Assembly (NCBI GenBank): GCA_022072205.1
Contig: JAJVID010000065.1
Span: 1 to 57,083 of the forward strand
DNA length: 57,083 bases
Source of the DNA: Acidobacteriota bacterium
GTDB lineage: Bacteria; Acidobacteriota; Blastocatellia; RBC074
Reading direction: 5' to 3'
Shown here: positions 28,155-37,519 of the stretch, one piece after another
How the letters are laid out: every line of letters begins with the position of its first letter
How positions within the stretch are numbered: position 1 is the first letter of the stretch
Translations under genes and position numbers: made by a program
Notes under the pieces: model-generated
Told to the model about the DNA's origin: nothing
The model's input: only the letters and a program-made list of their open reading frames with translations
The model's database searches: none

Positions 28155-30102
28155 TTCTTCTCTTCCTTTCACCCCTCCATTCGGCTTCTCTGCGCTGCTT
28201 CGCCGCCAGGATTTTCTCTTCCGGCAATGGCTTCGGCGTCATCGCGACAGCCGCGTGGCCGGGTATTCGCCAGCCTGTCTCAGTGTCGAGCGCCGCTGTG
28301 CCCGATCCCCCATAACGCGGGTCTTCGCTCGACCACAGGATCGCCCATTCCGACAGCTCAGGCGGCGCCAGCAGCGGTTCGGGCGCCGGAGTGAGATTCA
28401 AATCAACGCCGAAATTGATCAGCAGCAAACGGTCATCGCCGCCTTCGCCGAAGAACCGCAGGACGAACGCTTCATCGCCGAGAACCGCGCCGTCAACTCC
28501 ACCCGCGCGCTGCGCGCTGAAGACCGCGTCTTCACGCCGGAGCCTGAGCAGGTCACGATGCATCTCGTAAATCGCCGAATGACGTTCGCGCTCGGACAAG
28601 TCGAGTTTCGAGCGCTCGAAAGTTCGCGGATCGCAGGGATCGTCCAGTTGAGATTGAATTTCAGGCGTGGCCAGGCTGGGAAACTGCGCGAGGAACTCGG
28701 CGCGCCCTTTGCGGACAAGCTCCGCCAGTTCACTGTTCTGATCGGCGAAATAGAGAAAGGGATTCGACGCGGCGAATTCCTGCCCCTGAAACAGCATCGG
28801 CGTGCCAGGCGCAAGCAGCGTCAGAGCGGTCATCGCGCGGTAAAGTCCGGGACTGGTCAATTGATGACATCGCTCGCCGCGCCCTGAATTCGCAATCTGA
28901 TCGTGATTCTGAATGAACATGACGAAGGCCGATGGCGGAACTTTCAGGCTCGGCGTCCCGCGCCGCATCTCCTGCCACCGGTACCACTGGCCCTGATAGA
29001 GGTAGCCGTATTTGATCGCCGAGATGAACTCCTGCGGCTTGCCGAGATAATCGGTGTAATAAGCTTCGTTGCGCCCGGTCATCGCCACCATTGCGCTGTG
29101 GTGGAAATCGTCGTTCCACAACGCGTCCAGACCGTACCCGCCCTGCTCCTGCGGTCGAATCAGAATCGTCTCCTGCGGTTCGTTCTCGGCAATGATGACG
29201 ATGGCGCGGCCCCGCGCCGCTTCACGAACTCGCCGCGTAATCGCGGCCAGAATGTGGTCGCCGGACAAATCGTAAATGTTCTGCGTCGCGTCCAGCCGCA
29301 ATCCGTCCAGATGAAATTCATCAATCCAGTAACCGGCGTTCGCGATGAAATAGTCGCGCACCGGCCCGGCGTTTTTTCCGTCGTAATTGATCGCCTCGCC
29401 CCAATCGGTCTTGTAGCGGCTGGTGAAATAATCTTCCGCGAACTCTCTCAGATAATTCCCGTCCGGCCCCAGATGGTTGTAAACAACATCGAGGATCACT
29501 CCCATCCTGAGCGCGTGGGCGCGATCAACGAAACGCCTGAAATCGTCGGGCGAACCGTACAACCGCGTCGGCGCAAACAGATTCACGCCGTCGTAACCCC
29601 AGCCGAAATTGCCCGGAAAATCGGCCACCGGCATGACTTCAAGCACAGTGATTCCCAGGCGGGCCAGTTCATCGAGTTCGCGCGCCGCCGCCGCCCACGA
29701 GCCTTCGCGCGTGAACGTTCCGATGTGCATTTCGTAAATGACCTGCCCGCGCAGGTTGACGCCGCGCCAATCGTGATCAGTCCATTTGAATCTGTTCGGA
29801 TCAACGATCTCGGACGGGCCGTGCGGGCCTTCGGGTTGAAAGCGCGAAGCCGGGTCGGGATAAAGCCGCTCGCCCCTGTCCAGGCGAAGACGATAGAGAG
29901 CGCCGGCGCCTGCGGATTCGATCACGCCGGAAAAATAACCTTTGTCTTCCGGCGCCAGATCGAATCTTTGCCCGCTTCGGCCACTCTCGATCACGACCTC
30001 GACCGTGCGGCGGCGCGGCGCCCAGACGCGGAAATGCGTTCCGCCATGCGGCAAAACCCTGGCCCCGATATTCATTCGGCGAGGGTGTTCAGTGATTTTC
30101 AT
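28147..30102 (-). CDS. treZ: Malto-oligosyltrehalose trehalohydrolase (GH13)
   Basis: ORF 28147..30219. Likely start at ATG 30102 (MKITEHPRRMNIGARVLPHGGTHFRVWAP). Also YEMHIGTFT, VILDVVYNHLGPDGNY, GLRLDATQ, IIAENE and NHDQIANS motifs. Confidence 0.9.
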   Translation of the reverse strand: MKITEHPRRMNIGARVLPHGGTHFRVWAPRRRTVEVVIESGRSGQRFDLAPEDKGYFSGVIESAGAGALYRLRLDRGERLYPDPASRFQPEGPHGPSEIVDPNRFKWTDHDWRGVNLRGQVIYEMHIGTFTREGSWAAAARELDELARLGITVLEVMPVADFPGNFGWGYDGVNLFAPTRLYGSPDDFRRFVDRAHALRMGVILDVVYNHLGPDGNYLREFAEDYFTSRYKTDWGEAINYDGKNAGPVRDYFIANAGYWIDEFHLDGLRLDATQNIYDLSGDHILAAITRRVREAARGRAIVIIAENEPQETILIRPQEQGGYGLDALWNDDFHHSAMVAMTGRNEAYYTDYLGKPQEFISAIKYGYLYQGQWYRWQEMRRGTPSLKVPPSAFVMFIQNHDQIANSGRGERCHQLTSPGLYRAMTALTLLAPGTPMLFQGQEFAASNPFLYFADQNSELAELVRKGRAEFLAQFPSLATPEIQSQLDDPCDPRTFERSKLDLSERERHSAIYEMHRDLLRLRREDAVFSAQRAGGVDGAVLGDEAFVLRFFGEGGDDRLLLINFGVDLNLTPAPEPLLAPPELSEWAILWSSEDPRYGGSGTAALDTETGWRIPGHAAVAMTPKPLPEEKILAAKQRREAEWRGERKRRND

Positions 30103-30127
30103 TTCGAATTGTCCGGCGAGGACGATT

Positions 30128-30403
30128 CTATGATCTCGCGCCTTCGCGCGCCACCGCAGGGCGCGGCTTTTCCGCCATGATCGAAGACCGCACCTCAGCC
30201 TCGGCTCTGAGCCAGTCATTCATATCTTCGCCGTCGTTTCTGCCGCGCTGCTCATAAATTTCATAAGCGCGTTGCGCGATCAGGTCTCGTAATTCCATCG
30301 GCCCGCTTTCCGCAGCGGAAGCTTTTTGCCCTCTCTTCGTTGAAGACCGCCGCGCCTCCGGCGTTTCGCTCAACGGTTCGTCATGCTTCTTCTCTCTCAT
30401 CAT
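30128..30403 (-). CDS. DUF2934-domain small protein
   Basis: GGAGAG SD 4 nt before the ATG at 30403. The core IAQRAYEIYEQRGRNDGEDMNDWLRAEAEV is typical of DUF2934. Confidence 0.7.
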   Translation of the reverse strand: MMREKKHDEPLSETPEARRSSTKRGQKASAAESGPMELRDLIAQRAYEIYEQRGRNDGEDMNDWLRAEAEVRSSIMAEKPRPAVAREGARS

Positions 30404-30754
30404 TAACTCTCCGTCAAAATATAATTCAGACAACCTGTAGTTTGTTCTGGCCGCGAAGATCAGCGAGGCAATCCGCATTCCAGCTTAAAAATCAGCAACG
30501 CCTTCCGGCATCACGCACAGGCGAACAATCCGCAAGATGAAGTCAGATGCGCCTCACTTCTGCATCCCGTTTGCAACATATGATTGCCTGCGCCTGCGCG
30601 TTCCTTTTGTCTGGTCACAATGACCAGAAGAATTACAGTTGTGTACAGACGCCAAACAAAGAGCGTCGAACGCGATCGGCGCCGGCGAGAATATGTGAAC
30701 CGATGGTGTGGTCTTGAAAGAACAAGGAAGGCGGAGCGATTCAAGGGGGCGGTT

Positions 30755-31939
30755 ATGGACAACCAGATTTATGATTTGAATGGAACTACACTCGAAGCTG
30801 TTGGGAGGGGCCAGTTCCCTGTCATCTCCGGCGTTTACCGCCCCAATCTGAACTACGAAGTGGAGCGCGTCAGCAACGAGGGCGAGAAGCGACTCTCTCT
30901 GGTACGGCTGCTGAGAGAGAACGAGGGAACGGGTGTCATTTTCGCGGCGACATTCAAGGAAGTGAAGGCCATCACCGATTACCTGAAGCATATCGGCTTC
31001 GACGTCGCTCCTTATCACGAACACCTTAGCGAAGGCGAAAGGCGCCGGAACCTTGATCGTTTCATAGCCGGCGAATTGAAGGCGATGGTCTCAACCGGCG
31101 CTTTCGTCGCGGAAATTAACGACGCGGGCGTTGATAAACCCGGCGTCAGGTTCGTGATCCATTACAACCCGCCCGGATCGCTCGAAACCTATTATCAGGA
31201 ATCCGGACTCGCAGGCCGCGACGGGCGAACGGCGCGCTGCACGCTGCTGTTTCAGATCGCCGACCGCCGCGCGCAATTCTTCTTCGCGGGCGGGCGTCAT
31301 CCGAAACCGGAAGAGGTGACCGCCGTTTACGAAACGCTGGAGATGTTGAAAGCGGATCTGAAGCCCGCGCCATTGGAACGAATACAGGCGAGCGCAAGCC
31401 GTGTGGCCAAAACCAGAGTGCGCGTGATTCTATCCCTGCTCAAAAACATGGGGTTCATCAAAGAATATCGCGGCGCGCGCTACACGCTCTTGAAACGCGA
31501 TTTGAGCGCGCAGGAGATGGAACGGCTGGCGGGCGAATACACCCGCAAGGGTGAAAGCGACAGCGAAAAATTCGAGCGGATAATGCGTTACGGGCAAAGC
31601 CCTGAGTGCCGGTGGAAGTTGCTGCTCGAATATCTCGGCTCGCGCGCGGGAACCGATGCGGAATCGGGCGCCGAAATAAAAGCGTGCGGCCATTGCGACA
31701 ACTGCTCCCGCCCGGCTGCTGAGCTGTCGCCCGCGCCCGAAAGCGTGGCCAGGCCGGATTTCATTGACCTGATCTTCGCTTACCACCAGCAGGAAGAGGC
31801 GCGGATCAGGCCGGGCGATATGGTCAAATTGCCCGCGCACGGCGAGGTCAGGGTCAAAGCGGTCGAAGGAGACAAGATCGTCGTCAGCCTCCCCGGTGGC
31901 GAAACCAGAAAATTCAAACAGGAATGGGTCATCAGATGA
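30755..31939 (+). CDS. RecQ-family helicase fragment: helicase lobe 2 + Zn/RQC region only, ATPase lobe 1 missing
   Basis: Starts at ATG 30755 near the RecQ (F)DRPNL motif (GVYRPNLNYEV). Motif IV-VI region VIFAATFKEV...YHEHLSEGERRRNLDRFIAG...VDKPGVRFVIHYNPPGSLETYYQESGLAGRDG, and a Zn motif CRWKLLLEYLG...CGHCDNC. No Walker A or DEAH box lies upstream. Confidence 0.65.
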   Translation: MDNQIYDLNGTTLEAVGRGQFPVISGVYRPNLNYEVERVSNEGEKRLSLVRLLRENEGTGVIFAATFKEVKAITDYLKHIGFDVAPYHEHLSEGERRRNLDRFIAGELKAMVSTGAFVAEINDAGVDKPGVRFVIHYNPPGSLETYYQESGLAGRDGRTARCTLLFQIADRRAQFFFAGGRHPKPEEVTAVYETLEMLKADLKPAPLERIQASASRVAKTRVRVILSLLKNMGFIKEYRGARYTLLKRDLSAQEMERLAGEYTRKGESDSEKFERIMRYGQSPECRWKLLLEYLGSRAGTDAESGAEIKACGHCDNCSRPAAELSPAPESVARPDFIDLIFAYHQQEEARIRPGDMVKLPAHGEVRVKAVEGDKIVVSLPGGETRKFKQEWVIR

Positions 31940-31976
31940 TCGGCGCCGTCTGATTCGTGATCTACTTACAACTGAG

Positions 31977-32837
31977 ATGTCAGAACAAAGCAATTTGAGC
32001 GGCGCGCTGTCATACCTGAACCCTGAATTTTTGAAGAGCGTCGCGGCCCGTCCAATCAGGATACTTTCCGAATACATTGAACCCGCTGAGCGACTGCGCC
32101 GCGCGCGCATCCGCGACACGATTGTCTTCTTCGGCTCCGCCCGGTCGCTCTCGCCAGAAGAGGCCGCGAGACGAATGGACCGCGCCCACGAAGCCATCGA
32201 ACACGCGGACACGCTCACTCCCGAACTGAAAGCCATGTTGTTGCGCGCCGAATACGGCGTCAGGATGTCGCGCTATTACCAGGACGCCGTGGAACTGGCG
32301 CGCCGCGTGACCGAATGGTCGAAATCCCTGACCGGCAATCATCACTTCATCGTCTGTTCCGGTGGTTCGGGCGGGATGATGGAAGCCGCCAATCGGGGCG
32401 CAGCGCTGGCCAGGGGCAAGACCATCGGCTTTCACATCGAACTGCCCACCGAAGAGAAGATCAACCCATACGTCTCCTCCAGCCTGGTCTTCACCTTCCA
32501 TTATTTTTTCATGCGCAAATTCTGGTTCATCTATCCGGCCAAGGCGCTGGTGGTCTTTCCGGGCGGCTTCGGCACGATGGATGAGTTGTTTGAAGTGCTG
32601 ACGCTCATCCAGACCAAGAAGCCGCGCAAGATCATGCCGATTGTTCTGTACGGCGCGCAATTCTGGGACGAGGTCATCAATTTCGAGGCGCTGGTGAAAT
32701 GGGGAATGGTCAGCGCCGGAGACCTCGATCTGTTTCTGAAGACCGATTCGGTTGACGAGGCTTTCAATTACCTCAAGCGGCGATTGGAAGAGCTTTATGT
32801 CTCGCCTGAGAAGCTGGATGAAGTGAAACTCACCTGA
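31977..32837 (+). CDS. LOG-family / TIGR00730-type Rossmann-fold protein (nucleotide phosphoribohydrolase-like)
   Basis: ORF 31896..32837. The ATG at 31977 avoids overlap with the upstream gene. Motifs CSGGSGGMMEAANRGA and VVFPGGFGTMDELFEVLTLIQT. Confidence 0.85.
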   Translation: MSEQSNLSGALSYLNPEFLKSVAARPIRILSEYIEPAERLRRARIRDTIVFFGSARSLSPEEAARRMDRAHEAIEHADTLTPELKAMLLRAEYGVRMSRYYQDAVELARRVTEWSKSLTGNHHFIVCSGGSGGMMEAANRGAALARGKTIGFHIELPTEEKINPYVSSSLVFTFHYFFMRKFWFIYPAKALVVFPGGFGTMDELFEVLTLIQTKKPRKIMPIVLYGAQFWDEVINFEALVKWGMVSAGDLDLFLKTDSVDEAFNYLKRRLEELYVSPEKLDEVKLT

Positions 32838-32904
32838 AGTCGCCGCTGGTCCCACAGATATACCGCACATGGTCAGAGATTGGGCTTTTCAGCAGAAGCT
32901 TTTT

Positions 32905-33000
32905 GAGATTACGGAAAAGACGGAAATAACGGAACAGACGGAACTCCTTTTCGTTCGGGTTTTCCGTTTGTTCCGTTATTTCCGTCTTTTCCGTAATCTC
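32905..33000. repeat. ACGGAA-rich hairpin family, copy 2
   Basis: Arms GAGATTACGGAAAAGACGGAAATAACGGAACAGACGGAA (32905-32943) and the reverse complement at 32962-33000 with one mismatch. The core is shared with the 4762-4866 copy. Confidence 0.9.
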
Positions 33001-33201
33001 TCTTTTGCCTTCCGGCAAAAGCTCAATCTATGCCCGTGCGCGTTATAACTGGGCATATCAATTGCCCGATCAATAGTAGACAACAACAAGGCGTTTGAGA
33101 CGCGTGCTGATACCGTCTCAGGAAAAAGCGTTCACCCGAATAGCGTATCTTCCTGAAACGGCCTGTCTCGCCTCAATTCGCAGATCAGTGAGGGGGAAAA
33201 T

Positions 33202-33804
33202 ATGTTTACTTTGATGACGCGAAACTGGTGGGCGCTGGCATTGCGCGGACTGATCGCAGTGCTGTTCGGAATCGCCGCGTTTATCTGGCCGGGAATCACG
33301 CTCTGGGTGCTGGTGGCGCTGTTCGGCGCTTATGCTCTGATAGATGGGATCTTCGCGCTGATTGCGGCTTTCACACGCGACACGGGCGCGCGAGGCGTGG
33401 CCGGCTCCGACCGGCGCTGGTGGGCGCTGTTGTTTGAAGGCATCGTCGGCATCGTCGTCGGCGTTTTGACATTCATCTGGCCGGGGCTGACCGCCCTGGG
33501 GTTGCTCTTTCTGATCTCGTTTTGGGCGATTGTGACCGGCTTCTTTGAATTAGTGACGGCCATCAGGTTGCGGCGCGAAATTACGGGTGAATGGATGATG
33601 GCGCTGATCGGGATTCTTTCAATCGCGTTCGGAGTGTCGCTGGTGATCTATCCTCTGGCGGGCGCGCTTTCGGTCGTGTGGTTGATCGGAGCTTATGTGT
33701 TCATCATAGGCATTCTGATGATCGCGCTTGCGTTCAGATTACGCTCGATGCGCGATTCTGGCCGGCGCGCGCATTCCATACCGCGAACAGCGCCCAGTCA
33801 TTAA
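33202..33804 (+). CDS. hdeD: HdeD-family (DUF308 repeat) membrane protein
   Basis: 200-aa ORF with a [58 protein letters not shown] and repeated DUF308 segments. Confidence 0.85.
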   Translation: MFTLMTRNWWALALRGLIAVLFGIAAFIWPGITLWVLVALFGAYALIDGIFALIAAFTRDTGARGVAGSDRRWWALLFEGIVGIVVGVLTFIWPGLTALGLLFLISFWAIVTGFFELVTAIRLRREITGEWMMALIGILSIAFGVSLVIYPLAGALSVVWLIGAYVFIIGILMIALAFRLRSMRDSGRRAHSIPRTAPSH

Positions 33805-33810
33805 ATTTAT

Positions 33811-33839
33811 GTCCGGCAAGCCTCCGAACCTTGCCGGAC
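33811..33839. promoter_or_regulatory. Perfect 10-bp inverted repeat with 9-nt spacer between hdeD and dnaK (operator or terminator candidate)
   Basis: GTCCGGCAAG-cctccgaac-CTTGCCGGAC, 7 nt after the hdeD stop and 25 nt before the dnaK ATG. No T-tract follows. Confidence 0.4.
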
Positions 33840-33863
33840 CACAGCCGGAGAAAAGGTGGATGT

Positions 33864-35801
33864 ATGGCAAAAGCAGTGGGTATTGATCTGGGAACAACCA
33901 ACTCGGTGGTCGCAGTGATGGAAGGCGGCAAGCCGACTGTCATCGTCAACAGTGAAGGCAGCCGCCTGACTCCATCAGTGGTGGCGTTCACCAAAACCGG
34001 CGAACGACTGGTCGGCCAGATTGCGCGCCGCCAGGCCGTGCTCAATCCGGAAAACACGATCTATTCGGCCAAACGATTCATCGGACGCCGCTACAGCGAA
34101 GTCCAGAGCGAGATCAAAAACGTTCCTTTCAAAGTCGTCGCCGGGCCGGACGACGCCGTGCGCTTCGACATTCAGGGCAAGCTTTACGCGCCCGAAGAGA
34201 TTTCAGCGCAGGTCTTGCGCAAACTGGCCGACGACGCGTCGAAATATCTCGGCGAAAAAGTGACCGACGCCGTCATCACCGTGCCCGCATATTTCAACGA
34301 CGCGCAGCGCACGGCGACGAAAGACGCGGGCAAGATCGCGGGCCTCAACGTGCTCCGCATCATCAACGAACCGACGGCGGCGGCGCTCGCTTACGGTCTG
34401 GACAAAAAAGGCAACGAGACCGTGCTGGTCTTCGACCTCGGCGGCGGCACCTTCGACGTTTCGATTCTCGAAGTCGGCGAAGGCGTCTTCGAGGTCAAAT
34501 CCACAGCGGGCGACACGCATCTGGGTGGCGATGATTTCGACAAACGCATCGTTGACTGGATGGCTGAAGAATTCATGCGCGACCAGGGCATTGACCTGCG
34601 CAAAGACCGCCAGGCGTTGCAACGGCTGACCGAAGCGGCGGAGAAGGCCAAGATAGAACTGTCGAACGTGACTGAAGCCACGATCAGCCTGCCCTTCATC
34701 ACCGCCGACGCCAGCGGGCCGAAGCATCTGGAGATGAAGTTGACGCGCGCCAAATTCGATCAACTGACGGCTGATCTGGTCGAACGTTGCGCAGGCCCCG
34801 TCAAACAGGCGCTTCAGGACGCGAAGCTGACCGAGCGCGACATTGATGAAGTCGTGCTGGTGGGCGGCGCGACGCGCACCCCGGCGGTTCAGGCGCTGGT
34901 GCGGCGAATGACCGGCGGCAAGGAGCCGAATCAATCGGTCAACCCGGATGAAGTGGTGGCCATCGGCGCGGCGATCCAGGCGGGCGTGCTGGCGGGCGAA
35001 GTCAAGGATGTGGTGCTGCTCGATGTGACGCCGCTCTCGCTCGGAGTCGAGACGCTCGGCGGCGTGATGACCAAGTTGATCGAGCGCAACACGACCATCC
35101 CCGCGCGACGTTCTGAAACTTTTTCGACAGCCGACGACAACCAGTCCGCTGTTGATGTTCACGTGCTGCAGGGCGAACGCGAACTGGCGCGCGACAACCG
35201 CACGCTCGGCCATTTCCGGCTCGAAGGCATCGCGCCCGCGCCGCGCGGCGTGCCGCAGATCGAAGTCAGTTTCGACATTGACGCCAACGGCATCCTGACC
35301 GCGACCGCGCGCGACAAAGCCACCGGCAAGGAACAGCGCATCACGATCACCGGCTCGACCCAGCTTTCAAAAGACGAAGTCGAGCGAATGGTCACCGACG
35401 CGCAAAGCCACGCCGACGAAGACCGCCGGCGCCGCGAAGAGGTTGACGCGCGCAATCAGGCCGATTCAATCGCCTATCAGGTCGAGCGGCAGATCGGCGA
35501 GTTGGGCGCGGGCGCTCCGGCGAACGAACGCGCGCGCGCCGAAGCGATGATCAGCGAGGTTCGAGAGATGGTCAAAAATCAGTCGCCCGACATCGCGCGG
35601 CTTCGCCAATTGTCGAGCGACTTGCAGCAACTGGCCGCCGGTCTGGCTTCGACCGCTTATACGCGCGCTGCGGCTGGCGGAGCCGGCGGGCAGGGTTCGC
35701 AGACCACGCAGGGCGCGCAAGGAACGACTCCCACACCAGATGGATCGCGACAAGGCGGGCCTGATGACGTGATTGACGCGGAGTTCAAACCGCGCTCTTA
35801 G
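33864..35801 (+). CDS. dnaK: Molecular chaperone DnaK (Hsp70)
   Basis: True start at ATG 33864 ([22 protein letters not shown]). [12 protein letters not shown] and [12 protein letters not shown] motifs. The longer ORF from 33591 is an artefactual extension. Confidence 0.97.
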   Translation: MAKAVGIDLGTTNSVVAVMEGGKPTVIVNSEGSRLTPSVVAFTKTGERLVGQIARRQAVLNPENTIYSAKRFIGRRYSEVQSEIKNVPFKVVAGPDDAVRFDIQGKLYAPEEISAQVLRKLADDASKYLGEKVTDAVITVPAYFNDAQRTATKDAGKIAGLNVLRIINEPTAAALAYGLDKKGNETVLVFDLGGGTFDVSILEVGEGVFEVKSTAGDTHLGGDDFDKRIVDWMAEEFMRDQGIDLRKDRQALQRLTEAAEKAKIELSNVTEATISLPFITADASGPKHLEMKLTRAKFDQLTADLVERCAGPVKQALQDAKLTERDIDEVVLVGGATRTPAVQALVRRMTGGKEPNQSVNPDEVVAIGAAIQAGVLAGEVKDVVLLDVTPLSLGVETLGGVMTKLIERNTTIPARRSETFSTADDNQSAVDVHVLQGERELARDNRTLGHFRLEGIAPAPRGVPQIEVSFDIDANGILTATARDKATGKEQRITITGSTQLSKDEVERMVTDAQSHADEDRRRREEVDARNQADSIAYQVERQIGELGAGAPANERARAEAMISEVREMVKNQSPDIARLRQLSSDLQQLAAGLASTAYTRAAAGGAGGQGSQTTQGAQGTTPTPDGSRQGGPDDVIDAEFKPRS

Positions 35802-36029
35802 ATCGGTTTGCAATTACGCGGATGGGACAGTTTGGCAAGCGGGTGGGACACTTTGGCTGTGTCTCATTCCGATTCGCGGCCGGCTCGCGGGTTGGCCGCT
35901 TCGACGATTGACGCCGCCACTACGGTGCAAAGGTGGTCGGGGGGAACCGAGCCATTGTTTACCGGGAATGGCCTCTCGGTCGGTCGAAGCGGCTGAACCG
36001 GCGGGCCGGTTGCGTTTCGCTTGCCGGGC

Positions 36030-36057
36030 GGGAAGCGGATTTGTGAATCCGCTTCCC
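36030..36057 (-). terminator. 12-bp GC-rich hairpin downstream of the DUF2171 gene
   Basis: GGGAAGCGGATT-tgtg-AATCCGCTTCCC, 18 nt after the stop at 36075. No clear U-tract. Confidence 0.45.
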
Positions 36058-36074
36058 AACGCGCCGCATTGCGC

Positions 36075-36344
36075 TTACCGCGCCCCACCGCCGGCTGTCC
36101 GGCCTGTTGCGCCTCCGCCCTTCCACTGTTGTTTTACTTCCTGAGCGGACTGGCGCAACCGCACTTCGCCCTGACCAATCGAGGCGACGTTGTTCACCGG
36201 GATGTAATGATGCTGGCCTTGCGCCGACGGATCGCTTTTCGACAACTTGATGCGATCGCCTTCGACTCTGTCAACTGTGCCGACGTGCTGGCCGTCCGAG
36301 CCGACCACTTTCATGTGTTCACGAATTTCCGATGAATTGACCAT
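36075..36344 (-). CDS. DUF2171-domain protein
   Basis: GAGGAG SD 7 nt before the ATG at 36344. MVNSSEIREHMKVVGSDGQHVGTVDRVEGDRIKLSKSD...HHYIPVNNV matches the DUF2171 pattern. Confidence 0.75.
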   Translation of the reverse strand: MVNSSEIREHMKVVGSDGQHVGTVDRVEGDRIKLSKSDPSAQGQHHYIPVNNVASIGQGEVRLRQSAQEVKQQWKGGGATGRTAGGGAR

Positions 36345-36422
36345 TGTGTTTCTCCTCTTGTTGTTGTGTTTTGAACTTTCATCCGCCCGACGAGGGCGGA
36401 TGTTCGGTGATCTTCGCATCGC

Positions 36423-36608
36423 TCACGCGATGCGCTGGGTGTTCGGGCAATCCTCCATTCCGCCTGCGCCACTGGCGCGTCGCAGATGCTCAGCTTCAAG
36501 GCGCAAACCGTACACCACGTTCCCAAAATTCGTCCTAAACAGACCACGCATGTCTTCAACCGGAACGTCCATCAACCATCCGTAGATCGAAACGCCTGCG
36601 TTGCTCAT
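36423..36608 (-). CDS. Hypothetical 61-aa protein (weak call)
   Basis: ATG at 36608 (MSNAGVSIYGWLMDVPVEDMRGLFRTNFGNVVYGLRLEAEHLR...). It is co-directional with the DUF2171 gene and 78 nt upstream of its start. Third-position GC looks coding-like by eye. No SD and no family recognised. Confidence 0.3.
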   Translation of the reverse strand: MSNAGVSIYGWLMDVPVEDMRGLFRTNFGNVVYGLRLEAEHLRRASGAGGMEDCPNTQRIA

Positions 36609-36905
36609 ATCTTTACAATGATTTGGGTGCGCCGTCGAAGAGGGGCCGCAATCGGTATGCCTGCGGCGTCTGATTATTTCCGGTCGTCCGCGCGCGTTTA
36701 CGGACTGAAGCAAACAACAGCGGCGTATCAGTCGAAGCGCGCTTTGACCGCGAATGATGAGCTACGGCACAAGCATTGCGAGGATCAGGGCAGGTCGTAA
36801 TTTGATTGGGCTTCGATCAAGAGGCGCGGTCTGCGCAGCCGAATCGCGCTTTGCTGTGTTTGCAAGGGGCGCATAAGCGCAAGGTAATTTCTTGAAGGTG
36901 ATCCA

Positions 36906-37400
36906 ATGCCACAGGCGGAACAAAGCAAAAGCAAGAGTGAAGACAACGTCGCGACGGCGGCTGAGGTGAAAAACCTGAGCGAAGAACTGGATCGCGAACG
37001 CGCGCTGCTGATGCGCGCGCTGGCTGATTTCGACAATTACCGCAAACGCGTCGAGCGCGAACGCGAATCGGCGGCGCGGGCGGGCAAACGAGCCATCGTT
37101 CTTTCGCTTCTGGGAGTAATGGACGATTTCGACCGCGCGCTCGAACACGCCGGCAATTCGCCCAACACGGTCGTCGCAGGTCTCCAAGCCATTTACAACC
37201 GGTTGGCGGAGGTGATCGGAGCGCAGGGCGTGACGCCGATCGAGACCTTAGGCCAGTCGTTCGACCCCGCTCTGCACGAAGCGGTCAGCGCAGTCGAAAC
37301 CGACGAAGCCGAACCGGGCGTGGTGCTCGACGAAGTGAGCCGCGGATACCTCTGGAACGGCGAATTGCTGCGGCCTGCGCGCGTGCGAGTGGCGAAATAA
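36906..37400 (+). CDS. grpE: Nucleotide exchange factor GrpE
   Basis: 164-aa ORF with an [25 protein letters not shown]...[11 protein letters not shown]...[12 protein letters not shown]...[18 protein letters not shown]. Confidence 0.95.
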   Translation: MPQAEQSKSKSEDNVATAAEVKNLSEELDRERALLMRALADFDNYRKRVERERESAARAGKRAIVLSLLGVMDDFDRALEHAGNSPNTVVAGLQAIYNRLAEVIGAQGVTPIETLGQSFDPALHEAVSAVETDEAEPGVVLDEVSRGYLWNGELLRPARVRVAK

Positions 37401-37518
37401 TGGTGGCTGGTGGTTGGTGGCTGGTGACTGGTGGCTGGTGGTTGGCAGGGACCAGATTTCTTAACCAACCACCAATCACCAACCACCAATCACCAGCCAC
37501 CAACCACCAACCACCAAC
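37401..37518. repeat. Hairpin built from tandem heptamers (TGGTGRY / CCARYCA) filling the grpE-dnaJ spacer
   Basis: Left arm 37401-37445 (TGGTGGC TGGTGGT TGGTGGC TGGTGAC TGGTGGC TGGTGGT TGG), loop 37446-37464, right arm 37465-37518 (CCAACCA CCAATCA CCAACCA CCAATCA CCAGCCA CCAACCA CCAACCA CCAAC). It ends 1 nt before the dnaJ-like ATG. Confidence 0.9.
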
Positions 37519-37519
37519 T

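Noticed and set aside
33591-33863. N-terminal extensions offered by the ORF track. Examples: dnaK from 33591, the dnaJ-class gene from 37400, treY from 19966, treZ from 30219, the GNAT from 4798 and the lipoprotein from 7219.
   Set aside because: Family-typical N-termini with SD sequences occur at internal starts. The extensions overlap upstream genes or merely translate hairpin repeats (for example [14 protein letters not shown]).
35814-36029. Direct repeat GGGACA(G/C)TTTGGC x2 (35824-35866) and surrounding non-coding DNA downstream of dnaK, considered as an ncRNA or binding-site pair.
   Set aside because: It is a single occurrence with no associated structure or promoter-like context that I could verify. 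It may be chance.
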